Source: a virus (lineage: Duplodnaviria > Caudoviricetes). Taken from it: DNA of 59,513 bases. The position numbers and the translations under genes were made by a program. The notes below the pieces were generated by a model. The model was not told where the DNA came from, did not search any database, and saw nothing but the letters and a program-made list of their open reading frames with translations. Below are positions 1 through 9,350 of the stretch, piece after piece; the first letter of the stretch is position 1, and each line of letters starts with the position of its first letter. The stretch covers positions 1 through 59,513 of the IMG/VR virus record IMGVR_UViG_3300027851_000002; one strand, written 5' to 3'.

Positions 1-127
1 CAACACTCTATACGCCCGAACTCCGCGACAGGATTTGTGCAGAGCTTGCCTCTGGCCGCACCCTGCGCTCCGTATGCCGTGATGAGGACATGCCAGACCG
101 GCAAACCATCTACAACTGGCTTAACCA
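1..127 (+). repeat. Terminal direct repeat (copy 1); circular-assembly overlap
   Basis: 1..127 is identical to 59387..59513; unit genome 59,386 bp. Confidence 0.97.
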
Positions 128-548
128 TAATATAGGACGAGTGGTTGAAGGGGATAGGGTTATTGAGGAAGGGTTCTTCGACCACTACACGCGAGCGCGA
201 GAGGTCGGGCTTGATGAGGTTGCGGATGAGACCATGGATATTGCCGATGATGGGACCAATGATTATGTCGAGCGCGTCAAGAAGCTCAAGAACGGTGACG
301 AGAAACGGGAGGTCTTGTTCGATAAGGAGGCCGTGCTGCGCTCAAAGCTGAGGGTAGAGAACCGCTGGAAGTATCTGGAGAACATGGCACCGCGCAAATA
401 CGGCAAGAATGTCAAGATACAGTCTCAGGCCTTGGATGGAGCCGGTAATCCGACAGACCCGCCAAAGTCAGGGGTTGAGGCCGTGGACGATTTTCTCAGT
501 GCCGTTCTTGATGCGGTCAAGACAGGTGGCGGGAAAGCTCCGGAATGA
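1..548 (+). CDS. terS: Terminase small subunit (Sf6-like), 3' part
   Basis: HTH-like 'GRTLRSVCRDEDMPDRQTIYNWL' and 'DIADD...RSKLRVENRWKYL..MAPRKYG'; directly upstream of TerL. Confidence 0.85.
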   Translation, partial: TLYTPELRDRICAELASGRTLRSVCRDEDMPDRQTIYNWLNHNIGRVVEGDRVIEEGFFDHYTRAREVGLDEVADETMDIADDGTNDYVERVKKLKNGDEKREVLFDKEAVLRSKLRVENRWKYLENMAPRKYGKNVKIQSQALDGAGNPTDPPKSGVEAVDDFLSAVLDAVKTGGGKAPE

Positions 549-2191
549 AGGCATATCCGCTCAGATACCCGCTGCCGGAACATTTCGATTTAGGCTATAT
601 CGAAACGCTGCATTATTACCATGCCGCTTTGAAGAAGGCGCGGCGCGTATCCGAGGACAAATACAACGATGTACGGCGCAGGCTGGGCGAGACAGACCTG
701 TTTTTCTTGCTCACCAATGTGCTGAACCGGCGCGATATGTTTCGGGAATGGCTGTTTAAACGCTGCCGAGAGGTGCAGGCGGAGCCCGATGGTAGGCTCG
801 ATCTCTGGGCGCGGGAGCATTATAAATCAACAATCATCACTTTTGGCCATACAATTCTGGATATTATCCGAGATCCAGAGATTACCGTGGGGATTTTCTC
901 GTTCACGAAGAAGATCGCCCGTGACTTTTTGACGCAAATCAAGACTGAAATGGAAATAAACGCGGATCTGCCCCTGCTCTGGCCTGACGTTTTCTGGACG
1001 GAACCGCAGAGGCAGGCTCCACGCTGGTCTGTAGATGGTGGTATCGTTGTCAAGCGGAAGGAAAACCCCAAGGAAGCCACGATTGAGGGGCATGGCCTGA
1101 CCGATGGTATGCCGACTGGCCGACACTTCAAGCTCATGCTGTACGATGATGTGGTCACTCTGGATGGTGTGAACACCCCAGAGCTTATCCAGAAAACGAC
1201 CCGCGCATTCCAGATGTCGGATAACCTTGGCTCCGAGGGAGACCGCCGCCGCTATATCGGTACGCGCTACCACCTCTTTGATACCTATTCGGTGATGATC
1301 GAGGATGGTGTGGCCATTCCACGTATCCACGCCGCCACGGATGATGGTACAGAACATGGCAGGCCGGTCTTGTTGAAGCAGGAAACACTTGATACTAAAC
1401 GGCAAAATCAGGGTACATACGTGTTTTCGTCCCAGATGTTGCTCAATCCGGTGGCTGACAAGGCCATGGGCTTTGCTCTGGAGTGGGTTGTCAAGGCTGA
1501 TACCGACCAAAATGCGGCTATGAATTCTCTCTGGCGGTTCATTATCGTTGATCCAGCTGGCGGAAAACAAAGAAAAACAAACGATTACACCACAATGCTG
1601 GTTATCGGATACGGTTCTGATCTCAAATATCGCGTTCTGGACATGCGCCGCGACCGGATGTCGCTGACGAAACGGTGCGAAACGCTTATCGAGCTTCACC
1701 AGAAATGGAAGCCGGGGCTTGTGGCCTATGAAGAATATGGGATGCAGGCCGATATTGAACACATCCAGTTCGTTCAGAAGCAGAAGCTTTACGAGTTCGA
1801 GATCACCACTTTGGGAGGCAAAATGAAGAAGGAGCTGCGGATACTGCGGCTTGTTCCCATGTTCCAGAACGGTTTCAAGTCAGTGGCCGATGGTGGTGAT
1901 GGGGTGCCGAAGTCCCGTATTATCCTGCCCACGACATGCAACCAGCTCGACCACGAAGGCCGGATGCACGATCTGGTCAGGGACTTTCTGGAGGAAGAAT
2001 ATGTTGCCTTCCCCGTTTTGAAGCATGATGATATGCTGGATGCCATGGCACGGATTGTCGATCTGGAGCAAAGGCAGCTTATCCAGCTCCCATCGGCCAA
2101 CGCCGCTCCAATGAGATCGACCAAAGTGGAGGAAGGCTTGCGCAAACTTGGACAGGGACAGAACGGGGGAGAACCATGGATGGTGGTGTAA
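545..2191 (+). CDS. terL: Terminase large subunit
   Basis: Walker-A-like 'AREHYKST', 'TGRHF..LYDD', coupling motif 'IGTRY', nuclease 'IVDPA..NDYT...HDDMLDA'. Confidence 0.92.
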   Translation: MKAYPLRYPLPEHFDLGYIETLHYYHAALKKARRVSEDKYNDVRRRLGETDLFFLLTNVLNRRDMFREWLFKRCREVQAEPDGRLDLWAREHYKSTIITFGHTILDIIRDPEITVGIFSFTKKIARDFLTQIKTEMEINADLPLLWPDVFWTEPQRQAPRWSVDGGIVVKRKENPKEATIEGHGLTDGMPTGRHFKLMLYDDVVTLDGVNTPELIQKTTRAFQMSDNLGSEGDRRRYIGTRYHLFDTYSVMIEDGVAIPRIHAATDDGTEHGRPVLLKQETLDTKRQNQGTYVFSSQMLLNPVADKAMGFALEWVVKADTDQNAAMNSLWRFIIVDPAGGKQRKTNDYTTMLVIGYGSDLKYRVLDMRRDRMSLTKRCETLIELHQKWKPGLVAYEEYGMQADIEHIQFVQKQKLYEFEITTLGGKMKKELRILRLVPMFQNGFKSVADGGDGVPKSRIILPTTCNQLDHEGRMHDLVRDFLEEEYVAFPVLKHDDMLDAMARIVDLEQRQLIQLPSANAAPMRSTKVEEGLRKLGQGQNGGEPWMVV

Positions 2192-4140
2192 GGGGTGCTT
2201 ATGGCATCAGAGGTCTGCGACTTCCGGAACAAAACGATGATTTGGTGCGCAAGATGTGCTACCGCTGGCTCCGCGCCATGGAGCCCCATAACGAATGGGC
2301 TACTGTAGCCAAGAAGTGTGTGGAAATGCTGGAGGGCAATCAGTGGTCCGATGAGGAGAAGGCCGCGCTCCGCGCCATGCGCCGTACCGCTCTGACGATC
2401 AACTCCATTGCCCCGCTCTGGCGGCTGGTTATGGGCTATCAGTCCAGCAACCGCATGGATGTCAGTTTCATGCCGACTTCCGATTCAGTATCAAGCGAAG
2501 ATGTAGCCACGGTTTTGAACAACGTGTTCAAGTCCGAGGCCAACCGCATGGATTTGAAGTACACCGATACCGATGTTTTTGCCGATGGGCTTTCAACCGG
2601 CAGGGGGTTTTGGGATATATCTCTCTGTTTCGATGATAACGATTTGGGTGAAACGAAGATCACCTGTGAAGATCCCTTTGCGACCTATATCGACCCGGAC
2701 TGCAAATCGTATGATTTGAGCGATAACGATTATGGTGCGAGCTATATCCAGAAATCGGTCTGGACAAACCTTGACTCCGTGAATGATAAATATGGCTCCG
2801 AGGCCGCGCTTGCGGTACAGAACGTGATGTCTCCGGGCTATAATTCAAGCATCCTGTCTTATCTTGGTGATTACGAGATTTCCCCTCAGCGCTTCTTTGG
2901 CGGTTACGCCGATGAGAAGGATTACGGCGATTGGGCTGATGTGTATTATCACGACTTCATTGATACGCAGGCCAAGCAAATTCGCCTGATCGATAGCCAG
3001 CACAAGATTATGAAGATTTCGCCTTGCTTCGTTGATCTCGAAACCGGCGACAAAGAAATGATTCCGCAGGAGTGGATTGATAAGCCGGAGATCATCGAAA
3101 AGGTTATGAAGTATGCCGAGCAGATAGGCAATCCATTGAAGATTGTCAGCAGGCCGGTGAAGCGTGTCAGGCGCACCGTTACATGCGGAGACATCATTCT
3201 CCATGACGCATGGTCTATCTACAAAGATTATACAACCATTGGGTATTTCCCTTACTTCCGGCGCGGTAAAACACGCGGCATGATCGAGGACTTGATCGAT
3301 CCGCAGCGGGAAAAGAACAAGAAGCGGTCGGTGCTGACAGACATCCTGAACCGGAACGCAAACTCGGGCTGGATGTACGAAGAAAAAAGTCTCGATGCCG
3401 AGCAGGAGGAAAATCTGCGTCTCTACGGCTCAGCTCCGGGTATCAACGTCAAGTACAAGAAAAGCGATAGCGGTGAAAAACCTCAGCGCATCGAGCCGGG
3501 CGGGTATCCGCAGGGGCTTGATCGTCTGGAGGAGAAGGCCGGAAATGACATGTACGACATCAGCGGTGTCAACCAGTCAGCTATGGGGCAGCTCGATAAC
3601 GTCCAATCAGGTCGGGCAATCGAGGCCAAGCAGCGTCAGGCCGTGATGTCCATCCAGATGTATTCCAATAATTTCAGCCGTTCAAAGAAGCTCCAAGGCC
3701 GGAACGCTTTGGGCGTATTCCAGAATTTCTATACCGAATCCCGTATCTACCGCATCATGGGTGAGGACTCCAGCATTACCATGATGGAGATCAACAAGAA
3801 GATGCAGACCGGAGCAAATGCTATTACGCGTCTCAATGATATTACCGTGGGCAAATATAGCGTTGAAGTGGATGAGGTGCCGATCTCTGCAACCTTCAAG
3901 CAGGCTCAGTTCGAGGAAACGATGATGTTGATCGAGAAGCTGGGCGACATCGGCGCGGCTCTGGTCCAGACCAATCCGGGGCTTTTGATCGATCAATCAT
4001 CGCTGCCACGTAAAGCGGAATGGAAGAAGGCTTTGACAGATGCAGGAGCTGCGGCGCAGGGCACGATGCCCCAGCCAGCGGCAGGCGGCGGTGCCGCACC
4101 TACACAGCCAACAACAACACCGGAGCAATATCCATCGTGA
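2176..4140 (+). CDS. Portal protein (P22-like)
   Basis: 654 aa after TerL; 'GNQWS', 'LTINSIAP', 'GMIEDLIDPQRE.NK..S', 'SGRAIEAKQRQ'. Confidence 0.88.
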   Translation: MDGGVRGAYGIRGLRLPEQNDDLVRKMCYRWLRAMEPHNEWATVAKKCVEMLEGNQWSDEEKAALRAMRRTALTINSIAPLWRLVMGYQSSNRMDVSFMPTSDSVSSEDVATVLNNVFKSEANRMDLKYTDTDVFADGLSTGRGFWDISLCFDDNDLGETKITCEDPFATYIDPDCKSYDLSDNDYGASYIQKSVWTNLDSVNDKYGSEAALAVQNVMSPGYNSSILSYLGDYEISPQRFFGGYADEKDYGDWADVYYHDFIDTQAKQIRLIDSQHKIMKISPCFVDLETGDKEMIPQEWIDKPEIIEKVMKYAEQIGNPLKIVSRPVKRVRRTVTCGDIILHDAWSIYKDYTTIGYFPYFRRGKTRGMIEDLIDPQREKNKKRSVLTDILNRNANSGWMYEEKSLDAEQEENLRLYGSAPGINVKYKKSDSGEKPQRIEPGGYPQGLDRLEEKAGNDMYDISGVNQSAMGQLDNVQSGRAIEAKQRQAVMSIQMYSNNFSRSKKLQGRNALGVFQNFYTESRIYRIMGEDSSITMMEINKKMQTGANAITRLNDITVGKYSVEVDEVPISATFKQAQFEETMMLIEKLGDIGAALVQTNPGLLIDQSSLPRKAEWKKALTDAGAAAQGTMPQPAAGGGAAPTQPTTTPEQYPS

Positions 4141-4373
4141 ACAATCAAAACAACTCTGCCATAGCACAGATCAACCCGATCAGAGCTTCCGAGGAACAGG
4201 CCTTCCGTCTTGGCCATGCCAAATCATACACAACTGTTGATATGGACGTGAGCCGTGAGACCCATGCGGAACTGAAATATCTGCTTGAGAAGGCTGGATA
4301 TGACCACTGCATCAGACCAGATGGAAGGATTGACCTGTCCGGCATCACGCTTCTTCCAAAGGCCAGACCGTAA
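4137..4373 (+). CDS. Hypothetical protein
   Basis: GTG overlapping the portal stop; fills the gap. Confidence 0.5.
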   Translation: MNNQNNSAIAQINPIRASEEQAFRLGHAKSYTTVDMDVSRETHAELKYLLEKAGYDHCIRPDGRIDLSGITLLPKARP

Positions 4374-4401
4374 TCCTACCCACCACAGCACCGGAGAAAA
4401 C

Positions 4402-4632
4402 ATGGATATTCAGGAGCGGGCTACAATCGGTGTCATAAAAGAGGAAGTCGGCGGGCTGCGCGGCTTGCTGGAGACCAAGGCCAAAAGAAGGGTTGTTATC
4501 ATTGCCCTGACTATGGACGATGGAGAAGAAAACGGATATGGATATTACGAGGCCAGCGAAGGTATCAACACCACCACAGCCGAATCTTTCGTTGATTTTT
4601 TGGAAAAGGTCTGCGCAGACCTCAAGGGATAA
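4402..4632 (+). CDS. Hypothetical protein
   Basis: GGAG RBS, ATG 4402. Confidence 0.65.
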   Translation: MDIQERATIGVIKEEVGGLRGLLETKAKRRVVIIALTMDDGEENGYGYYEASEGINTTTAESFVDFLEKVCADLKG

Positions 4633-4644
4633 GGAAACGCACAG

Positions 4645-5217
4645 ATGAGGAAATCTCTCAATTTACCCAGTAATCTCTGGAACTCTCCGGTTATCAAGAA
4701 GCGTCTCATGCAAGAGGCTGGCTTTGAAAGTAACCATGGCATCTCTGAAAAGCAGCATTACTGGTGCCTTGTACCCCATGCCGATAGCGGTGATGGTACC
4801 GTTATTCTGCGCAATTATCCTGAAAACAGTATCGTTGATGCAGATCCACACGAAATGCAGCAAGAGTTCGCCCGCAACGTGATGTGGTCTTTGCAGACCC
4901 AAGCCCACTTCGATGGTCTCTGGCTGGTTGGCTTTACCCATCCGCCGACCAGCTATGGTGTTATTACCGATACCGAGAATTGCTGGAACCGGCTCATGGC
5001 GATTTGGTTCGATAGCGATGGCGACCCGCAGTTTACCTTGGAAAGCGACCTGCCTTTCGTGAAGCAGCTCGAAGCCGGTGAGCAATACTATGTCGATCTG
5101 GCACAGCAAAGCCATGAGCAATGGAAAGAGATTTACGGCCAAAAGGCTATGAAATCCGACATGTTGCTATCAGAAGATCAGGCCAGAAAGGCGGCACTGG
5201 AGGCTTTGGGGAAATGA
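4645..5217 (+). CDS. Hypothetical protein
   Basis: 190-aa ORF with AAGGA RBS in operon. Confidence 0.75.
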   Translation: MRKSLNLPSNLWNSPVIKKRLMQEAGFESNHGISEKQHYWCLVPHADSGDGTVILRNYPENSIVDADPHEMQQEFARNVMWSLQTQAHFDGLWLVGFTHPPTSYGVITDTENCWNRLMAIWFDSDGDPQFTLESDLPFVKQLEAGEQYYVDLAQQSHEQWKEIYGQKAMKSDMLLSEDQARKAALEALGK

Positions 5218-5381
5218 ACAAAGAGGCTTTTCAGAACAGGCTTGAGAGTAATTTAAGTCATGCCGAGAAGGTGCGCTACTTCAAGGACAAGATCAATCTT
5301 GACGATGATGGGTGGTGCCCAAACTGTAAGCGTTGCCATAAACGCAAAGGCTCTGTTGTGGAGGTTTGCGGCAGTGAATAA
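5214..5381 (+). CDS. Small CxxC protein
   Basis: ATGA overlap with the previous gene; 'WCPNCKRCH'. Confidence 0.5.
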   Translation: MNKEAFQNRLESNLSHAEKVRYFKDKINLDDDGWCPNCKRCHKRKGSVVEVCGSE

Positions 5382-5514
5382 AACCCTGCAATGGGCAGTC
5401 CAGAAGATTTTAGATATAGCTTGCAGTGGATTTTACGGCAGCATTACGCTAAAGTTCGAGGACGGAAAGCTGGTTCATCTCGAACACCAGCAGAGTCACA
5501 AACCACCGAAATGA
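5374..5514 (+). CDS. Small DUF2292/YezD-like protein
   Basis: 'FYGSITLKFEDGKLVHLE' motif. Confidence 0.5.
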   Translation: MNKTLQWAVQKILDIACSGFYGSITLKFEDGKLVHLEHQQSHKPPK

Positions 5515-5528
5515 GCAGGAGATAAAAC

Positions 5529-5759
5529 ATGCGGGCGAAAATGAAGATCACCAGCGTAACCAAGAACGAACACAATGAAACCGTTCACTTTGAAGCCGTG
5601 GCTGCCAGCGGCTATCCGGCAGATGGCACGGACGAAAACAACACCTACGCCAAGTTCACACCGTCTGGCCAACTTTCCCTGACGATCACAAATCCTGATC
5701 TGCTGGGCAAGTTTGAGCCCGGAAAAGAATATTACTTGGACTTTTCCGAGGCCAATTAA
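5529..5759 (+). CDS. Conserved small phage protein
   Basis: AGGAG RBS; 'MRAKM...ENNTYAKFTPSG.L.L.ITNP....F.PGKEYYLDF' phage family pattern. Confidence 0.75.
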   Translation: MRAKMKITSVTKNEHNETVHFEAVAASGYPADGTDENNTYAKFTPSGQLSLTITNPDLLGKFEPGKEYYLDFSEAN

Positions 5760-5785
5760 GACGGTCAGATATACTTTTATTCAAG

Positions 5786-5823
5786 AAAACCCCCTCCGCT
5801 CCCCAAGGCAGAGGGGGTTTTTC
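5786..5823 (+). terminator. Intrinsic terminator
   Basis: AAAACCCCTC...GAGGGGGTTTTT hairpin plus U-tract. Confidence 0.75.
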
Positions 5824-5842
5824 TTTACCAGATTTGTGGTGA

Positions 5843-5872
5843 TTGACAGGCCAGACAGATATGGGATAGCAT
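5843..5872 (+). promoter_or_regulatory. Putative sigma70 promoter
   Basis: TTGACA-18 nt-TAGCAT in the intergenic region. Confidence 0.4.
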
Positions 5873-5911
5873 AAAGCCTGTTATACTTCGTTCTTTGGTA
5901 TCGAAACACTC

Positions 5912-5955
5912 GAGCCGCATCTCTCCTTCACCGGAGGGGCGCGGCTCTTTTTTTT
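5912..5955 (+). terminator. Intrinsic terminator/attenuator upstream of the scaffold gene
   Basis: GAGCCGC...GCGGCTC long stem followed by T8. Confidence 0.75.
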
Positions 5956-6079
5956 GTCCCGAGAACAACCTGCCGCCGAGGGTAACGGGCGATTTCCGCT
6001 TTGGGATGCAGCGATACGCAGACCCCATGCCGCCGATGTACGGGCGTTACCGCAATGTCACGCGAAAGAGGATAAAGTT

Positions 6080-7276
6080 ATGACCAAGACCAATGAAACA
6101 CCTGAGAATGGCTCAGAAAACACGGAGAACGCCGGATTGCTGAAAGACCAGACCACCGATGTTGATGATGGTTACACCGAGGAAGTTGATCCTATGATCG
6201 CTGAAATGGTGGCCGCAGAAGCAGAGCTTGAAAAGGCCGGTTCTGGTACCGCAAGCGATGAAGGTACCGAAGGCGAGGCAACGCCTGCACCTGAAAATGG
6301 TCAGACCGCCAAGCCGGAAGTCAAAGCCGACAAGGAAAAGCGGGATACCCCGATGATTCCAAAGGCACGGTTCGATGAGGTTAATTCCGAGAACGCACTT
6401 CTGAAAGAGCAGGTCATATATCTGAAAGGTGCTGTTGATACGCATAAATCCGCTGCGAAAAACACGCAGACCAACGGGCAGACGCAGACAGGCACCGCCG
6501 AACAGAAGGCAGACCAAGCTCCGAAAGACTCTGGTGAAGCTTCCGAGGTCGATGAGATTGATTCCTTGATTGATGCCGCTGAGGCGAAAAAGCTGACATT
6601 GGCTGAAAAGTACGATGAAGGTGAACTTTCGGCAAAGCAGTGGAAAGAACAGGAAACAGCGATTGACCGAGAAATACGGGATTTGTCCAAGCAGCGCATT
6701 GATCGTGTTCGCGAGGAAAGCCGTGCCGATACTCAAGCCGTGATTTCTGCTGAAAGGCAGGCGGATTTGATTAGGGGTCAGGCCATTGAAATCCAGAAGC
6801 AACACCCGAATATCGAAGTGATTGACGCTACACCGAAGCATATAAAAGAAGGTATCTGGGCGGAAATTACCGTTCAGGCTGCTCAAAATCTCGCAATGAG
6901 GGGTATTAACGTGAACGATGGTTCCGCTAATGCACATCTTGCACTGATGCAGGAAAAAGCCCGGCTCACGGATAGCTACACACCGGAAACCTTGAAAGCG
7001 TTTTTGCCTGAGAACTTCGTCCCGAAAGGGCAGGCGGCTCAGTCCGGTACTGGTCAGACAGGTCAGAAACAGCCAAGCGAAACGGCTCTTAACCGTAAAG
7101 CGAAACTGGAACTGGCAGATTCTCAACCACCATCCATAGCGGATATGGGCACTTCGGGGGGTCAGCAAATCACTGAGGCAGACATTGCAAAAATGACTGA
7201 TGATGAGATTGCCGATTTGATGACAAAAGCCCCTCAGCTCGTAAACCGCCTCGTTGGTGGAGCAACAGTAACCTAA
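6080..7276 (+). CDS. Capsid scaffolding protein
   Basis: GAGG RBS, ATG 6080; acidic coiled-coil with 'IPKARFDEVN'; directly before the MCP. Confidence 0.8.
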   Translation: MTKTNETPENGSENTENAGLLKDQTTDVDDGYTEEVDPMIAEMVAAEAELEKAGSGTASDEGTEGEATPAPENGQTAKPEVKADKEKRDTPMIPKARFDEVNSENALLKEQVIYLKGAVDTHKSAAKNTQTNGQTQTGTAEQKADQAPKDSGEASEVDEIDSLIDAAEAKKLTLAEKYDEGELSAKQWKEQETAIDREIRDLSKQRIDRVREESRADTQAVISAERQADLIRGQAIEIQKQHPNIEVIDATPKHIKEGIWAEITVQAAQNLAMRGINVNDGSANAHLALMQEKARLTDSYTPETLKAFLPENFVPKGQAAQSGTGQTGQKQPSETALNRKAKLELADSQPPSIADMGTSGGQQITEADIAKMTDDEIADLMTKAPQLVNRLVGGATVT

Positions 7277-7346
7277 CCCAAGGCTTTCCCAGCTTTTCCG
7301 CAATAGTGCGGGCTTCTGGTAGCCTTTTCAACTAGGAGAAAACCCG

Positions 7347-8450
7347 ATGCAAACCGATTTTGGTGCCCTTACTCAGGCGCAAAAGAAAGTATGGTCTGGT
7401 AAGCTGTGGATGCAATTCCGTGACGAATCGTTCTGGATGAGCAACGGCTTTATCAGTCAAAACATGAATACCCCCATTCACCGTGTGACAGAACTCACAG
7501 AGACCACCCGTGGTCTGGAGTGTGTGATGCAGCTCGTGAATGATTTGGAAGGTGACGGTACCGTTGGTGACAACGATCTTACCGGCTCCGAAGAAGCCAT
7601 GGTAAACGATGCCCAGATCATCAAGGTCGATCTTCTGGCACATGCCGTGAAATCCAAGGGTAAGATGTCTGAGCAGGCAACGGTTATCCGTTTCCGTGAG
7701 CAGGCAAAAAACAAACTTGGCTTCTGGCTGCCGGATAAGATCGATGAACTGATGTTCCTGACCGCTTCTGGCCGGGCATACACCAAGAAAACCGATCTTT
7801 CCACACGCGGCACATCCCAGCTTCCGGCTCTGTCCTTTGCTTCGGATGTCACCGCACCAACCTCCAACCGTGTCAAACATGCCGGTTCCGCAACATCCGA
7901 AGGTACGCTGACCTCGTCCGACAAGATGTCTTGGAACTTTGCTGTGACCGCAAAAACCTTCGCTCGCCGTCAAGGTCTCCGTCCTATTCGTCAGGGCGGC
8001 AAGGAATATTACGCTATGGTAATGTCTCCGGAACAACGGCGTGATCTGGTTCAGGATACGAACTATCAAACAATCGTCAGTCGTGGTGCTGAGCGCGGTT
8101 CTAAAAACCCGCTGTTCAACAACGCTCTGGCCGTTATTGATGGTCTTATCCTGTACGAACACCGCAAGGTTATCAACACCACCGGCTTGACCAGTGGTGT
8201 TGATAAGTGGGGTACTGGCTCAGATGTCGAGGGTGCGCAAGCGCTGTTGATGGGTGCCGGTGCGCTTGGTTTCAGTACGCTTGGTGGCGGCAAATGGATG
8301 GAAGCTGATAGCAACGATTATGGCCGCAAGCCGGGCGTTGGTTATGAGCAGATCATTGGTATGCTGAAACCGAAATATAAACCGTTTGCTTCTGCCACAA
8401 CGGCAGAGGATTACGGCATTATTTCGGTGAAAACTGCCGCCGCTCTGTAA
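7347..8450 (+). CDS. Major capsid protein (N4-gp56/DUF4043 type)
   Basis: 367 aa; 'L..DL.GDG.VGDN.L.G.EE', 'RG..NPLF', 'ALL.GA.AL', 'DYG.I'. Confidence 0.88.
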   Translation: MQTDFGALTQAQKKVWSGKLWMQFRDESFWMSNGFISQNMNTPIHRVTELTETTRGLECVMQLVNDLEGDGTVGDNDLTGSEEAMVNDAQIIKVDLLAHAVKSKGKMSEQATVIRFREQAKNKLGFWLPDKIDELMFLTASGRAYTKKTDLSTRGTSQLPALSFASDVTAPTSNRVKHAGSATSEGTLTSSDKMSWNFAVTAKTFARRQGLRPIRQGGKEYYAMVMSPEQRRDLVQDTNYQTIVSRGAERGSKNPLFNNALAVIDGLILYEHRKVINTTGLTSGVDKWGTGSDVEGAQALLMGAGALGFSTLGGGKWMEADSNDYGRKPGVGYEQIIGMLKPKYKPFASATTAEDYGIISVKTAAAL

Positions 8451-8478
8451 GACCAGACCGGACACTGCTTAAATCCAG

Positions 8479-8511
8479 AGGGGAGCGGATAGCGATATAT
8501 CCCTCCCCCCT
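8479..8511 (+). terminator. Stem-loop after the MCP gene
   Basis: AGGGGAG...CTCCCCCT hairpin. Confidence 0.45.
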
Positions 8512-8557
8512 ACCTCAGAGAAAATACAATTAAAACCTCTATAAGGAGAGTTTTCCG

Positions 8558-9274
8558 ATGAAAAAACATAAGTCACAACTCAAAAGCATCATTACAGGGC
8601 TTGCCATTGCTGCGGCAGGCGGCTTCGTATATGTTGCCAGCCACGGCTCCACGGCAAAGCTTGCCATTACCGATATTGATGGTGCCGCTCTGTCCAACCC
8701 TCTTGCCCTGACCAACGGCTCTTTCGAGTTCTATACCGCCGATACGGTGGCTTCTGTGGATCTGTTCATTCAGTCTCCCACAGGCCACTTCTTGGTGGTA
8801 AAAGATGTCAAGCCATCCGGTGATGCCAGCCTGCTGGTCGATACCAGTCAGGCGCATACGACAATGGTTATCCCGTTCAACGTGGCTGACCAAGCCGGTG
8901 ATGCTACGGAAACTCCGTGCGGCTTTACGCTTCCCGGTGCGGTTCAACCCAATGTGGCCGTTGATGTGACGGTTATTGATGCCGAAACCATTGATGTTGG
9001 TACTCTTGCCTCCGATTCTGGCGATGCCGATGCCTTTATCGCTGGTCTCAGTGTCGATACAGCCATTGGCTATAAAAAGGCCACTCTGGCAAACGGTGCC
9101 ATCACGCTCGGCACAAAACTGTTCGTAGTGGACAGTGCCAATGCGGGCGATGAAGCTCCGGAACAAGACATCAGCCAGATCGGGAAGCAGGTTTCCTACA
9201 CCCTTACAACCGGTGCCGATTCTGCGGCTGGGTACATTATCCTTCCAGTCCAGTTGCCGGTGGCAAGCCTTTAA
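8558..9274 (+). CDS. Virion structural protein (head decoration candidate)
   Basis: AAGGAG RBS; beta-rich, follows the MCP. Confidence 0.6.
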   Translation: MKKHKSQLKSIITGLAIAAAGGFVYVASHGSTAKLAITDIDGAALSNPLALTNGSFEFYTADTVASVDLFIQSPTGHFLVVKDVKPSGDASLLVDTSQAHTTMVIPFNVADQAGDATETPCGFTLPGAVQPNVAVDVTVIDAETIDVGTLASDSGDADAFIAGLSVDTAIGYKKATLANGAITLGTKLFVVDSANAGDEAPEQDISQIGKQVSYTLTTGADSAAGYIILPVQLPVASL

Positions 9275-9288
9275 GATAAAGTGGGATT

Positions 9289-9332
9289 TGGGGCTGGGTT
9301 TGTTCCCAGCCCCTTAACCCTACTTTTTCTTA
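9289..9332 (+). terminator. Stem-loop/terminator
   Basis: GGGGCTGGG-tttgtt-CCCAGCCCC with downstream T-run. Confidence 0.55.
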
Positions 9333-9350
9333 ACCAAGGAAGATTTAAAA

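Noticed and set aside
1-127. Biological terminal repeat
   Set aside because: 127 nt equals a common assembler k-mer and it falls inside terS; most likely a circular-assembly overlap
6113-7303. Long antisense ORFs (also 827..1762, 7332..8162, 23864..24775, 32360..33361)
   Set aside because: Shadows of well-supported + strand genes; no motifs
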